Below, piece after piece: positions 14,401-29,400 of a stretch of DNA of 64,000 nucleotides (positions are counted from its first letter, which is position 1; the number at the start of each line of letters is the position of its first letter). The notes under the pieces are model-generated. The model saw nothing but the letters and a program-made list of their open reading frames with translations, made no database searches and was not told where the DNA came from. The position numbers were made by a program, and so were the translations under genes. The stretch covers positions 45,632,001 through 45,696,000 of the forward strand of contig OZ286475.1 in the NCBI GenBank assembly GCA_965644265.1, given 5' to 3'. This stretch comes from Glycera tridactyla (taxonomy: Eukaryota).

Positions 14401-17400
14401 TCAAAAACTGGATAGGTTGTGATCACAATTTCTGCTCACTTTTTCCAGCTGGATGAAAATGAAATAATTTTCTCGGTCACTGAACGCGTACTTATGCTGA
14501 TATTCATCATATTCTAGTAGATTTTGATGGAAATATCCATGGGCTGCAAGCTGATCTTTCAATGAAAGATTCGTGCTTGTTAGAATCAGATATAGGGGGT
14601 GAGACTACTCTTGATTTTATCTTTCTTCATCTTGAATAATATACCAATAATATAATATAATGTACTAATAGGTCTCATTGTCTTTAAAGCAACAGTCGGT
14701 ATATACGAAAGTGTATGCTGTATTTGTGCCTGATGAAGGCTTATGCGAAAATTCTACTTATTAAGTATTGTCAATATGATTGGTGGAGGACGAGAGTGCA
14801 CATTCTTATTCAGGACATTTGCTTTTGGTGATGGTACTTGCGACGGGTAACACATATTCGATATAATCTGTTCTTATCTGAATCATTTTTTTTCAAGTTA
14901 TTTTCAATTTTACTTGTTATTTTATCGAAGTGATTGTCCTGTGCTTTTCATGTGCTGATTATGAATACATCTTGTTCGCTTTTGCATCTCCTATCTGTTT
15001 GCGTGTGCATTTCCATGTGTTCTCACCTGGTGCATTGTGCAGCTTTGGATCTTTGTTTTACCCAGATGATTGTTATATGTTACATGCAAATACTGATGCT
15101 CAGTCTTTTTTCCAGCTTAAATAATGCCTATACATGCCTTCCTTTCAGTCATAATAATTCACTTCCGAATATATTTTTTACATGTAAAGATCCCACACTT
15201 TAATACTTCCAGAGCATTTTTGCTATCCTGATTATTGGGTCATTTGTTATTCTCTTTTCATTTCACCATATTTTTTACTACAATATGTGATGAGTCCACT
15301 AACAGATGATGTTTCCAATTGCATTTCGTCTATTCGTTCCCGCCATGTCTGCATGCAGTCGACAAGTTGCTAAATACATGTACTAGAGTGGAACATGAAT
15401 GGACACAAAGCCTGATTACTGATATCTGAAGCAAGATGGATGCATATATTCTGCTCAACCTTGCCTCATCCTTTCACACATATTTTCATTGTACATCAAT
15501 GGACCAACACAATTATGTCAGTAAAACGGTTGACAAGAATATATGTAGGTGATCACAAGAAAGTGAGCTCCCTGAATCTAGGTGCAAATGCCAATTACAA
15601 CTTAGACAGTCCTAGGATGTAATGAGTGAGTCTCTTTCATGTGATCCAACAAAAAAAACACACGCAAAACATGTTTTTGAGATATATGAAAGGTATGACT
15701 CAATATATAATTTTTTCAATTGCATCAGATGAAAAAAATTAGGTAAATGTGTGTCATGGTGAATGCATACATCAGGGTTTCACTTGATGACAGCAGTCTC
15801 CAGCACATCGCTTGTTGCCCTTCAGTACCCATATGTAGCAACGTGTTGGCTGCCAGCATGGCAAAAACCAGTACCAGACACGAGCAATCTTGACTATACC
15901 CATCCAACCTTTACTGTGCTATGTATCCTATCTGATGTGAACTTCTCTATGGGATGCTTCATAGATGAGGGACCTAACCAATGCTATGTTATATAGGCAC
16001 CAACTAGATTGCCAATGTAACCCAGTCACCAAGCCCTGGAGTCTACAATACCTGTGATTTTTATGGGTTTTTTCATGTGTTTGACTGGGTCTGAACATAT
16101 CATATGCTCGGAAACTAAGTTTGGTTGAGAAAGTATCCTTCCTCAATCTATTACAATACCATCAGCGGATACTCAACGACTCAGTGCTGCAGTCATATTC
16201 TTGCACTAAGACTCAAGTTCGATGGCTCATTGTTCGGGGCATATGATGTGTTGTATACCCTTGCTATTGTTCATGTGTTGTGCGTTGCGAAGATGTATGA
16301 TGAAATGGGCTCATACGATGCTATTTCACCATCATCTACATCAGGGAGATATCGAATTCCAGAACTGCAGGATGAGCCCATTCCAGCATATTTCTTGTAT
16401 GTCTGATGTCTGCAACAAGTTTCACCATTTTTATGATTCTGCTTGACCTGATTTCAGAATTGCTTTTAGAATATTCATTACATTAAGGCTGGCTAATATT
16501 GACTTTGACAATTCAATAATCATAGTGACGAAGATGATGCTTATGATGAAGAATGGAATTGTTGATTTGCTGATGAATGTCATGCTGATGGATGTCCTAA
16601 AAGAATGATGGTATCGAAAGGTCAAACATAGGTTTGTGATTATAATATTCAACCTATCAAGGAACATATCAAAAAACACACTGCTCCTAATCACTAAAAC
16701 ATTCTCGAATATGAATGATGAAGAAACTACATAGAAATGAAAGGAATTTTTCGATCGTTCCATTCTACCAAAGAACGAGCTGAACCTATGTTATGACACC
16801 TGACTAGTTTGATGTTCAGTGCCAATCATCAGCAAAGCAAAGTTCTCATACTGCCCCCGATCACGGTTGACAAGGAGCTTCACGAGCCTGCTGATCCACC
16901 TAACCCCAGACTGTTGAAGCATTTACAAGACACATGTAGGTAATAGCCAGACTTAGTCAACTTCATTCTCTTCAAACATATCAGAAAAATGACGGAACTA
17001 TCCTATGAGCGTATTATGAATAGTGAAGAAAACATCCATTCCAAGTTGAGAAAGGGGCATATGCTATTTGTGTTATTCATTACATTAGACTAGATCATCT
17101 GACATTTGTTGACCATGACATGGATGACAATAGATAAACATTAAGGAAGTGAAATTGAACAAGAATTTCATCATCAGCTCAAGCAATATCTGCTAATAGC
17201 AGTAATGATCCAAGTAAAATCTGAAATGTAGGTCATTTTTTAGGCACTCAGGAAATCCATTGAACGAGATAACATGGCTTGGGTCAGTAGATCCAATCTG
17301 TACATGTGCTGCACATCAAACATGTTGCAATCAATAAATTTCAAAATGATGACTCTCATCTGCTATATATGTGAAGCAATCTCGATTATGTGTGATGTTG

Positions 17401-20400
17401 CCTCTCATCATATTCATTCACAAGTAAAATACCGACAGCTTTTTTTAATGATGATTTGGAATTGATATATCCGAGATTCCGATGAGATCAAACACTAGTT
17501 TTTGGTAGGGTTGAGATGAGTGATGATGATACTTCACTCATAAAAGATTTCCGGTGATTGAACTAAATCATCCTTTTCAGATTTACCTACAACAATGATA
17601 TGGGGGAGTTCTTCGACCTTGGGGAGAATCCAGTGCTCAGGTAAGAATCATATCTGCATGGCAGTCCCCTTGGGTTTTTTCAGATCATTCTCATTCAATC
17701 AAAGCTTCTAAACAGTATATCACTAGTCAGTGATTCGATAGCATTCCATCGAAAACCTGATCTTGATCAGATGTTGGGAACAAATATGATGAATCTGTTA
17801 TTTTTTTGGCACAGGCTATATATAATGCAAGTTCCCTCTGTGTATGCACAATTGATTTCTTAGGCTTCAGTTGATACTCGAGTGAACATTTTCACCTCGA
17901 GGAAATGAGCTCGGATCCGATACCTAGCATAGATAAGAATAACATTATAGTCGAACCTGTCTAAAAAGACCATCAAAAAGTGGTCTTTATGGGCAGGTGG
18001 TCTTTATAGAGAGATTGTTTACTGTTGAAAATACTTCCAGGGTCAAAGCTCAGGGTGGTCTTTATAGAGAAGTGGTCTTTATGTAGAGGTGGTCTTAAGA
18101 GCAGGTTCGACGGTACTTAATATCCTGTGGAAGCTGCCTCACCACACCATGTACTGGCAATAAAGCTATGGTAGAAGTTGGTCAATGTGGTTCACAAAGC
18201 ATGTTTAGCTTCCAGAACAGACTGTCTACATGGGAGTAAGAGGATGGCATCTTGTTCTATTCATTGTCTAACGCTTCTTATCGTATTATTCACAACAGTC
18301 TTGACTGCTGATGATGGCGAAGGTAGTGATGCTGGCGCAGCATGTGTGTTTCCTTTCATCTACCGGGGTGAGGTTTACAGGGAGTGCACAGTAGAGAGGT
18401 ATACTCGACCCTGGTGTTCAACTACCAACAACTATGATGACGATAAACTATGGGGAGAATGTATAGGTGAGTTTATCAGATTGACCATTGATTACAATGA
18501 ATACGTGTCAACATCTTGCGTTATCAAATCCTCATTCTTCAGCAAGTAATTGTGCCTACTGTAGTTGTGATTAGTATCAGGAATTCGCAGGATGACTTAT
18601 TGAAATTATATATGTATATCATGGAGGTTGGAATGTGAATCATAATGAATTTATCGGATCCTTTTTCTTGCAGTTAGGACGGACACTGGGGATGATTGTG
18701 TGTTTCCTTTCACCTATGATGGAGTTGAATACAATGACTGTACAATTGTGGACCAGAATTTCCGTTGGTGTGCCACTGTCGCATCTATTGGTGGCTTTGG
18801 TAACCGCAACCGATGGGGATTCTGTGATATTCGATGTGAGTCCTGAAGTTTGAATATCATATTTGACTAGTGCAACCACACCACTTGAAATCCTTCTGTA
18901 ATTACTTTGTTTTGCATATCAACAGCAGGCATGTATTTCGTGAATAACTTTATGTGTATTGCCGATGACATTATTCTCCTGTACAGACCAATTAATCAAA
19001 ATGAATCAATTCATGTGACCGTAGAAGATAGTTCTAGATTTAACAGAAAGGATTTCTTATTATATGAATCACCAATTTGCAGATTGAATAATCTGCTGAA
19101 TCACATAATGAAAAAGTTTTAATCAATGCCAGGGAAATGGCAGTATTTGTGTATGATCATCTCTGTAAGGAATCATTCAGATGAGATATATCTGATTCAA
19201 TCACTGCTCACATCCTCCATATGATGGTGATTAAGATGTCTTCTACAACTTTCCAGATGTGCCAGATTGCTTGACATCGAGTATCTCACCATTCACAAGT
19301 GAGTTCGCTAATCCAATTCACATATCACCAGGATGCAATGATTCTTCATCTACATCACGTTATATCTATGTCTTACGTAATATATTTTTCACCAAGATTG
19401 AGGATAGGTGTATGGATCTACGGATTTTGAGTCAATGTGAGATGCTGCATATGTTTCCTCATGATAAGGAGTATGTTTTCTTTTACAGCGCAAACATGTG
19501 GCATACACATCCACATCAACATACCCGTGATGCCACCAATGTGGTCCATCTTATTCTTCCTGAATGCTTTTCAAAAAAGACTGATTGCAAGTTTCTGAAC
19601 AGGATGGGGTGCTGAATGACTGGATTTGTCGTAATCATCAGCGTGTCTATACAATTTTCCATGAAGGATCATTGCGATATTCATGATTAATTGGTTGATT
19701 GATTCACATTCACAAACAGTATCTGGAATTCTTTAGACACCAATGCAAAACCCATTGGTGCATCTATTTGAAACTCCTTCTCGGTTCCCAAACAGTGTGA
19801 GAAAATTTATACAATTTACAAACACTGAAGGAACAATCCTTGATGTCAATAAAACAGAATTATCTGTTTCATCCCACGTCCCTCCTGAGATGTGTCTATG
19901 TATATTGTCCACTCTTTAGCAGTAGATAATGGTGACAGAGGTCACAACACTGCAAAATACTCTTTAGATGGAGTGTGATTTCTGAAAGATTTTCATTGTT
20001 GCTGCTCCAGCATTTTCATCGACCATTGGACTCACCCCATCGACCGCGTCAACTGTACTTTCTTCAACTATAGGACTCGTCCCATCAACAGAATTTGTAG
20101 ACATACAATGTCCAGGTAATTCTTGATCATATAATCATAATAGACAATGCTCGAAACTTCATCATCAAGTATTCTGATACTGACAATATATATATATATG
20201 TATTTAGATAATTGCCTTGAATATTATTATGGGTGCGTGATCAAAGTTCTTCCAATATTTGTAGCGGCGATGGTGGAATTGGAGCCATTGATTTTTATGT
20301 ACATATTATTGTTCAGGTCACAGGGGCTCTGACGATGGGTGATAATCAGAGCAGAATAAGTTAGTGTACAAGAATATACATCAAGGACAAGGCATCACAA

Positions 20401-23400
20401 CATGTAATATGTTTAATAAGACCAATTCAGATAGCATCCGTCTGACAGATTGATTGATAAGACCGCGAGAAAGGATGAAACGAGTTATACCATCATAGAT
20501 GGGGCCATCATCTTCACAAGAGTCGATATAATGATGTATATATATATATGAATATATGTATGTTCATTCATATATATATATATACATATATAGTTCAACA
20601 CAAAGATACAGATTACCGAACAATGCATGGAAAAAGATCATTTTCGCAACCAGAATATTTGGGAAAGCTTTTGTAGAAGTCGGTCCAAGGGGTCCCAAAA
20701 TCATGTTTAGCTTCCAGAAAGGCTGCGTTCATGGGGATAAGAGGATGACATCTTGTTCTATTCCATGTCTTATACTTCTTTTTGAATTATCCACAACAGT
20801 CTTGACTGCTGATGATGGCGAAGGTAGTGATGCTGGCGCAGCATGTGTGTTTCCTTTCATCTACCGGGGTGAGGTTTACAGGGAGTGTACAGTAGAGAGG
20901 TATACTCGACCCTGGTGTTCAACTACCAACAACTATGATGACGATAAACTATGGGGAGAATGTATAGGTGAGTTTATCAGATTGATCATTGATTACAATG
21001 GATACGTGTCAACACCTTGAGGTGAGGTTTCTGCTGCAACTTATAATTAGTGGATTTCAACATCAATCAAATTCCAATAAAAGAATTCTCCACAAGTGAT
21101 ATCCAGCGTTATCTGATCGTCATTCTTCAGTGAGTAGTTGTGCCTATTGTGATCGTGATAAGTATCAGGAATTCGCAGGATGACTTGTTGAAATTATATA
21201 TCTCATGGGGCTTGGAATGTGAATCAAAATGAATTTGTCGGATCATTTTTTTGGCAGTTAGGACGGAGTCTGGAGAGGATTGTGTGTTCCCTTTCACCTA
21301 TGATGGAGTTGAATACAATGACTGTACAACTATTGACCAGAATTCTCGTTGGTGTGCCACTGTCGCATCTATTGGTGGCTTTGGTAACCGCAACCGATGG
21401 GGATTCTGTGATATTCGATGTGAGTCCTGAAGTTTGAATATTATATTTGACTAGTGCAACCACATCACTTGAAATCCTTCTGTAATTACTTTTTCCCACC
21501 CATCAACTGCAGGCATATCTTTGATGAATATTCTGACATATACTGCGAATGACATCATTGTTCTGTCCAGTCCAACTAATCGAAATAAATCATTTCAGGT
21601 GGGCACAGAAAATAGTTATAGATTTGAAGAAAAATAATCCATCATCATATCATAAACCTAGGAGAGGGATTATTCACATAAAATATACATGATTCTATCA
21701 CTAGTCACATCTTATAGCGATGATTCAGGTGTCTTTTACAATATTTCAGATGTGCCAGATTGCTTGACATCGAGTATCTCACCATTCACAAGTAAGTTAC
21801 CTGATATCCAGTAATAATCCAATTCACACACCAGGATGCAATGATCTTCCATCTAAATCACAATATATCCACATCTTCCGTGATATTTTTTTTCACCAGG
21901 ATTGAAGATGGATATATGGATTCATGGATATGGCATTATTGTGAGATGCTGGAAATGTTTTTCTCATGACAAAGAGTATGTTAATTTTCTTACAGCACAA
22001 ACATTTGGCTTACTCAATCCACATCAACATACTCATGATACCACCCATACAATCCAAGTTATTCTTCCTGAATATTTGTTGACAGGGCTGATAGCAAGTT
22101 TATGAACACGAGGGAATGACTGGAATCATCATAATCACTTTGAGGCACAATATGTTTATATGGTTTTCCATCAAGCATCATTGCGATATCCACGAATAGT
22201 TGTTCGGTTGATTCACATCCACAAACACCATCTGGGCTATCATGAGACACCATCGCAATACCTATTGGTGGGACCGGTTGGTTGCTTCACATTCACGAAC
22301 ACCATCTGGTCTATTTCAAGACACCATTGTATTACCAATTGGAGTGTCCGGTCACAGTCCTGCCTGTTCGCCAAAAAATAGTGAAAATTATTGAAAATCA
22401 AGGACGCTCAAAAAGATCCCTGGTATCCATATAACAAAATGATATAATTCATCGCACATCACAATTTATCTAGGGATATTGCCCACTCTTGATATGGAGA
22501 AAATGTTGAGGAAGGTCACTACACTGCAACATACTCTTCTTATGGGGTGTGATTTCTGACATATTTCCATTGTTTCTGCTTCAGCTTTCTCTTCAACCAT
22601 TGGACTCACTCCATCAACTGTGTCTGTGATTGTCCCTTCATCAACTATAGGAGTCACTCCAACTACAGAATTTATAAACATCCAATGTCCAGGTAATTCT
22701 TGACTATGTACCAATTATAGACATAATTTCACCATTGAGTAATCTGATACTGGTAACAAATACATACATTTGAATTAAGATGCTTTGTATTCGATCATGA
22801 CTGCAAGTCAATGTTATCTTCTTCGAAATTTGTAGTGGCAATTGAGAAATTGGTGCCATCAATTGTTGCATCATTCATCTCTGAGCATGCTAGTCTGTGT
22901 GTATATGAACTGCTGTGAACTGGAATTACATAAATATATGCCTTCACTTGAGCATCCTCTAAGCGCTTATGTGGATCAGTTCAGAAGAGGATTGATCATC
23001 AATCATGTCTTTGTCCACTACTCCTCTTGACATGTTCGTTACTTGCAGGTCCAACCAATGGGGATGGTCAGGGTACTGATGCAGGCTCAGCATGTGTTTT
23101 CCCCTTCATCTACCGGAGCGAGGTCTATAATGAGTGCACATCATTGAGGTATGATCGACCCTGGTGTTCAACAACTGACAACTATGATGATGACGGACAA
23201 TGGGGAGAATGTATAAGTGAGTGTTGTCCTACTGCTCCTCAATATGAAACTGGATCAGTTAACATCGTCTGAGAGGTTGGGATCTATCATCCATCTCTGA
23301 TATGATTCAAGGAATCATCGAAAACTTGTATAATTCATGAACAGTATTCAATATTCCATGGTGATATCCTTTGGTTTGTTACAGTGAGAACTGAGTCTGA

Positions 23401-26400
23401 GGATGACTGTGTCTTTCCTTTCACCTATGATGGTGACACATACTATGAGTGTACATCGGTGAACCAGAATTCTCGCTGGTGTGCCACTGTTGGATCACTG
23501 AGTGGCTTTGGCAACCGCAACCGATGGGGATTCTGTGATATTCGATGTAAGTTTTGATGCTTGGATGTAAGAAACAGAGAAATGCATTTACATAACTTGA
23601 AATCCCCAAAATATCAATATCTCTCATGTTTTCTTGTCAAATATGTCTTAACTTGATTTATTTCTTCCACAGATAGACAAAACGTTCTGTGATATGATGT
23701 TTGCTTGTGGCAGAGGCCCTGCCAAAACTGACACATAGGCTTCTTTGTCTTTATTACATGAGTTTAATCTCACAGCATTACATCCATGTGGGATTCCTGA
23801 CAGAGAGGTTATGCAGGTCTGGATAATGGCCAACTATTTGATTCAGAAGGTACTAGTTCGTCACTTGCATGCAGGTATGGGCTCAAATATGTGACATAAA
23901 GACAGGAAATTATCGAATAGCTTTAGCTGATCTTGTTTTTTTTTGTATTCCTTCCTCATTACTTTTCATGTCGCAATCGGAAATTCAGGTTATACTGGGA
24001 TCCCATTTGAGTAAGCGATTATGTATAATTGGTGAAATGTGGAACAATTGTCTCCTTTTGTTCAGGAAAAATGGAGACAGTGTTTCCATAATAAGACTTT
24101 TGGACACTGACAATAATTCTTGATCTGAGGGAAATATTTAGTATGCTCAAATACTTCAAATGTTGTTTTGGTGACTCATCGACAATCTGATCGAATATCT
24201 GATAAATGCATGATAAATCCCATATGATATCAGTTCTGAGAGTAGTAGTGTCGAATATAATTTATTCTCTTACTGGTTGTATCCAAGATATTGTGCTGAT
24301 CAAAATGTCTTCTATAATGTTTTAGATGTGCCTGACTGCTTGACAACGAGTATATCACCATCAACATGTAAGCCTTCTGATATCTGAATATTGATACTTG
24401 GAAATAGCCATAGCCAACTACGCATATCATCAAAATGCAAAAGTTCAACTTCAAAATCTTATTCTGATGTCAATCACCTGATTCATTTGATTAATACCTC
24501 GGGGCAATGATCATTTGCATCTCAGTTCATGGATATATTGTAATTGTGATGTACCGAATCAATCGGCTGTCACAATCATTTCTGATTTCATCAATGCAAG
24601 TATGGTTTACATCATCATCATCTCTATACCAACATGCGCAACAACCATGTCCTCATCATGCTACAACTGTCTGCTCTCTTAAAGTAAAAATCACAATCGA
24701 TTCATACATATTTTGTCATCAAGATGATATTCATGGAAGATAATTACATCCATGGAAGTGACTGATGATTGTGCTTGTATTCCGAATCCTACCAAAAATA
24801 ATTTCCCATCTCCCATTTTGAGAAAATTTTCCAAAAACGGCTTGAACACGATTGCATGACTGGATGTCGAGCTCGGTGTGTGGCTACTTTTTTGAGTGCT
24901 CCACATAGCTCATTGTGTAAGACAGCTTGCTCTTCCGCAGGCTAGGGAGTTGGATGATTTGAAAAAAATGTAATTTGTACATGTCAATGATGTATCATGA
25001 AACTAGTTTCATCCTTATTCTTTAAATTGCAGCAATTTTGTCTTCGAGTATAGCAGTCACACCGACTACTGTCACAACCATCCTATCTTCAAGCATTGGA
25101 GTCACACCATCAACAGTGTTCGAGAGCATCCAATGTTCAGGTAGTTATCAAATCCAGTGTCAGCTTACTGGGTGATCCTGAATGAATACATACACATTGG
25201 TCATCCATGTCTGTTGTACAACAAGAAGCGTATGCTCTGTCTTCCTTAGCATTGTAGTGCCAGTGAAGTTTATAATGGTAATCTTTTCTCTTGCTCCTTC
25301 GAATATGTATATAAAAATACTACAACTTCTGGCTGTGGTAACATAATTACATGATGACTGGAGAAATTTGAGGATGTGCTTGGCTCCTTGCAATGTGACC
25401 CAATCAGTAGTCGACACAATCAAACAGTAACTATTAACTGATATAAATCCGTGCCTCATTCATGAAATCTCAATTCATGCCATGGTTGACCATGCAGTTC
25501 CTTGATCCTTTTCTCACAAAGCAACCCTAATCAGGAATAATTCTTCTAATTGGCCATTTCTACACTCTCTTCTGACTTTTATCTTACTGACAGGACCAAC
25601 AGATGAAAATGGCCTGGGTACAGATGTAGGCTCACCGTGTGTCTTCCCCTTCATCTATCGCAGTGAGGTCTACAATGAGTGCACATCTTTGAGGCATGAT
25701 CGACCCTGGTGTTCAACAACTGACAACTATGATGATGACAGACAATGGGGAGAATGTATAGGTAAGTTTAGTCTGTTGCTTGCAAAGTGGAAGTTTTTTC
25801 CCAAGAAAAATTCTTGAATCAGCAGAGACAATCTGTCAGGTCACTTAAAGAATATCAGGGAAATGATTTAATTGATGCCTGTTATCTGTCTTCTCAGTCC
25901 GTTTGCTCATTGTGAGACAACCAAAACTAAGTATAGGGTTACACTAGATTTCACTTGTCCCATAAAAGAATCTGGCCTTCGTGGTTTGCTGGAACATCTA
26001 TCAAAGGTATATCCGTCCCATTATTCGAAATTCATATAACCAGCATGTTCATTGTTTTGTTGCAGTGAGGACTGAGTCTGGGGATGACTGTGTCTTTCCT
26101 TTCACCTATGATGGTGACACATACTCTGAGTGTACATCAGTGGACCAGAATTCACGGTGGTGTGCCACTGTTGGATCACTGGTAGGCTTTGGTAACCGTA
26201 ATCGATGGGGATTCTGTGATATTCAATGTAAGTCTCAACTGTCAAAAATCACATAAACTTCACGAACTCAGAAAGTCCATAAACCGAATTCTCAAAATTA
26301 GTTAAACCAACACGGAGAAGCTTGCTCACAATTTTCATCGATCTACTGTTGCCTTAACCAGTCCTATTCCTGAAAAAGATTCGAAGATAAAGAACAAACT

Positions 26401-29400
26401 ATGTTCAAGCTTTATTGTTTCGGGGATCGGTAAGAAGTTTGCTTCCTTTTTTTTCAGATGTGCCTGACTGCTTGACGACCAGCATATCACCATCTACATG
26501 TAAGCATCCTGATCATTTATAATGGAACAGTTACTAGTGAACTTATGTTATGTACAAGCAGCAGGAAATCGCACTTACCCCTCATCCCCCATGAGGATTT
26601 CTACTTGTTTTTTGTGGAATGATTTCTATTCACAATGATTTAGTGTACTTCGGGATATTGGTTCGGCATACATATGCTATCCTGATTATGGTTTCGCAAT
26701 TTATACAAATATGTCCATATTGATAATTGGCAAATTGCAAATTTAGCCATATCTATATGTTATTGATCCTCAACCTTAATGCTTATGTAGATCCATCATG
26801 GCATGATACAATTCTTTTCTCCCAGGATTGAGTATCAACTGCTTTCAGGCAGTTAAATAGTTAGATATGCCATCAATAGGTTCATCGTGTTCATATGAAG
26901 TAGGTGGAGGTGTATCTGAACTGTTAGCTACTTCCAATTGACAACCTTTCAGGTTCCCATCATCTTGTGTTCAGGGTTTGTGAGAGAGATATCTGCGGGG
27001 GGAGAACATTTAGCTTTCATCAACCAGGTACACATAAACCCTATGATTGATGCACGCCGTTGAACCTCAAACAAAACAAGAAGATCTCATTAAAGATCCG
27101 AGACTCTGAAGGAAAGGATGAAATAAGCGCCTATACATGAGTTCATCACAGACATGAGTAGTTGCATCCATGTGGGAAGCAAAAACGGGATTAGGATTTA
27201 TCTGGTGAATCATTATGGTATCTGTAATGAGATCATACTTATTACATCAACAAACCAGGACAGCTTCAGAACAGATACCACACTTCTGATATTTTGTTTT
27301 GAAAAAAAAATTGAAAACTGCAAAGCATTGATAGGGTTTTAATGTTTTTCCCTGCTTATTTTACAGCAATACTCTCAACAAGTATGACTGTCACCCGATC
27401 GACTGAATTCTTAGGCATCCAATGTCCAGGTGAATATTTACCATGTAGCAGTCTCAATTCCATGTTATGATAATAATCCATCATGGAGAGGTTGAATTAT
27501 ATGTGAACATTTTGAGAAATAAACCTACTATATTGGTAGCATGAGAATATAAAAGGTGATTACGTCCCATTTGAATGGTTCAAATCAGTCATCTGGTGAA
27601 TATTTACCATACTGAAATGACCCAATACCATATAATAGTAACATTGTATGGAAGGAAAAAGAAGGGTTGTTAATTGACCAAATAATGTATGAATAAAACT
27701 GGGCGTTTTTTTGTATGACCAAAATCATGAAAATGATGAATTGCTTTGCCTGGTAACCTATACAATGTCTCTCGAATCTCCCTTCATTGACAGGTGCAAC
27801 AGCTGAAGATGGTATTGGTACAGATGAAGGCTCACCGTGTGTTTTCCCCTTCATCTACCGTGGCGAGGTCTACAATGAGTGCACATCGATGAGGCATGAT
27901 CGACCCTGGTGTTCAACAACTGACAACTATGATGACGACGGACAATGGGGGGAATGTATAGGTAAGTCTTGTTCAGTGCTTGCCAAATGAAAGTTTATTC
28001 TAAAAAAAGCCCATTTGTTAGGTCAACTACAGATTATCAGGGAAATGATTCATTCAATACCATTATCTATCTTATCGAATTGTTCTCTCATCGTGAGGCA
28101 ACCAATTTCTTGATATGGTAATATGCTAGATTTCATTTGTTCCACAAGGGATTCTGGTCCTGACTATTCGCTGAATCATTCATCAAAAGTATATTTGTCC
28201 AATCATTTGAAATGCAAATAACCAGTCCGTTGATTATTTTGTTGCAGTGAGGACTGAGTCTGGGGATGACTGTGTTTTTCCTTTCAACTATGATGGTGAC
28301 ACATACTCTGAGTGTACATCAGTGGACCAGAATTCACGGTGGTGTGCCACAGTTGGATCACTCGGTGGCTTTGGTAACCGTAATCGTTGGGGATTCTGTG
28401 ATATTCAATGTGAGTCCCAACTGTCAAAATTTTTCATAATTTCAATGAAATCAGAAACTCCATAAACCGAATTCTCAGAATTAGTTAAACCATTCGATCT
28501 TGGGAAGCCAATATTGAGAACCTTGCTCAAAATTTTGATCGATTCACTGTTGCCATAAACAGTCCTATTCCTGAAAAAGATTCAAAGATAAAGAAAAGAA
28601 TGATAAAGAATTATATTCAAGCTCGATTGTTTTTGGGATTGGTAAAAAGTTTGCTTCCTCCTTTTTTCAGATGTGCCTGACTGCTTGACAACAAGCATAT
28701 CACCATCCACATGTGAGCATTCTGATTTTTTATAATGACACAGTTACTAGTGAACTCATGTTTAGTACAACCAGGATGAGTTCTCACTTTCCCCTTATCC
28801 CCATGAGGATCTCTACTCTCCTTCGTGATATGATTACTATTCCAAATGATGTAGTGTATGTTGGGATATTGGTATAGCATACATATGCTATCCTAATTAT
28901 GGTATCGCAATTAATACAAATATGTCCGTATTGATAATTGTCAAACTTGGCAAATTCAGCCATACGTATATGTTGGTGATCCTCATCCTCAATGCCTATG
29001 TAGATCCACCATGGCATTCTCTGAGGATCGAGTATCAACAGCCTCCAGCCAATTAAATAGTCATATATGCCATCAATAGGTTCATCATGATCATGTGAAG
29101 TAGGTGGAAGTGTGGCTGAACTGTGAGCTACTTCCACTAGACAAACTTTCAGGTTCCCCATCATCTTTTCTTCAGGGTTTGTGAGAGATATCTGCAGCGG
29201 AGAGAACATCTAGCTTTCATCCACTAGGAACACATGGCATACATAACCCTAGGGTCGATACATGTTGTCGAACCTCAAATGAAACAAAAGAAGCTCATAT
29301 TGAAAATCCTATATTTCGAAGGAAGTGTTGAGAGTATAGACATGAGTTCATACCAGATAAAAAGCAATAACAGAATTAGGACTTTTCTGGTAAATCATTG

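Noticed and set aside
14730-14750. CTGATGA-aggcttatgc-GAAA, hammerhead-like
   Set aside because: Stem II is only 2-3 bp and there is no stem III or cleavage triplet; at most a decayed relic.
28784-29209. Minus-strand 141-aa ORF recurring in the repeated introns (also 31366-31599 and 45328-45567), a possible nested antisense gene
   Set aside because: The equivalent frame is broken by 2-nt insertions in units 7 and 10 and by a stop in unit 11; recurrence is explained by DNA duplication.
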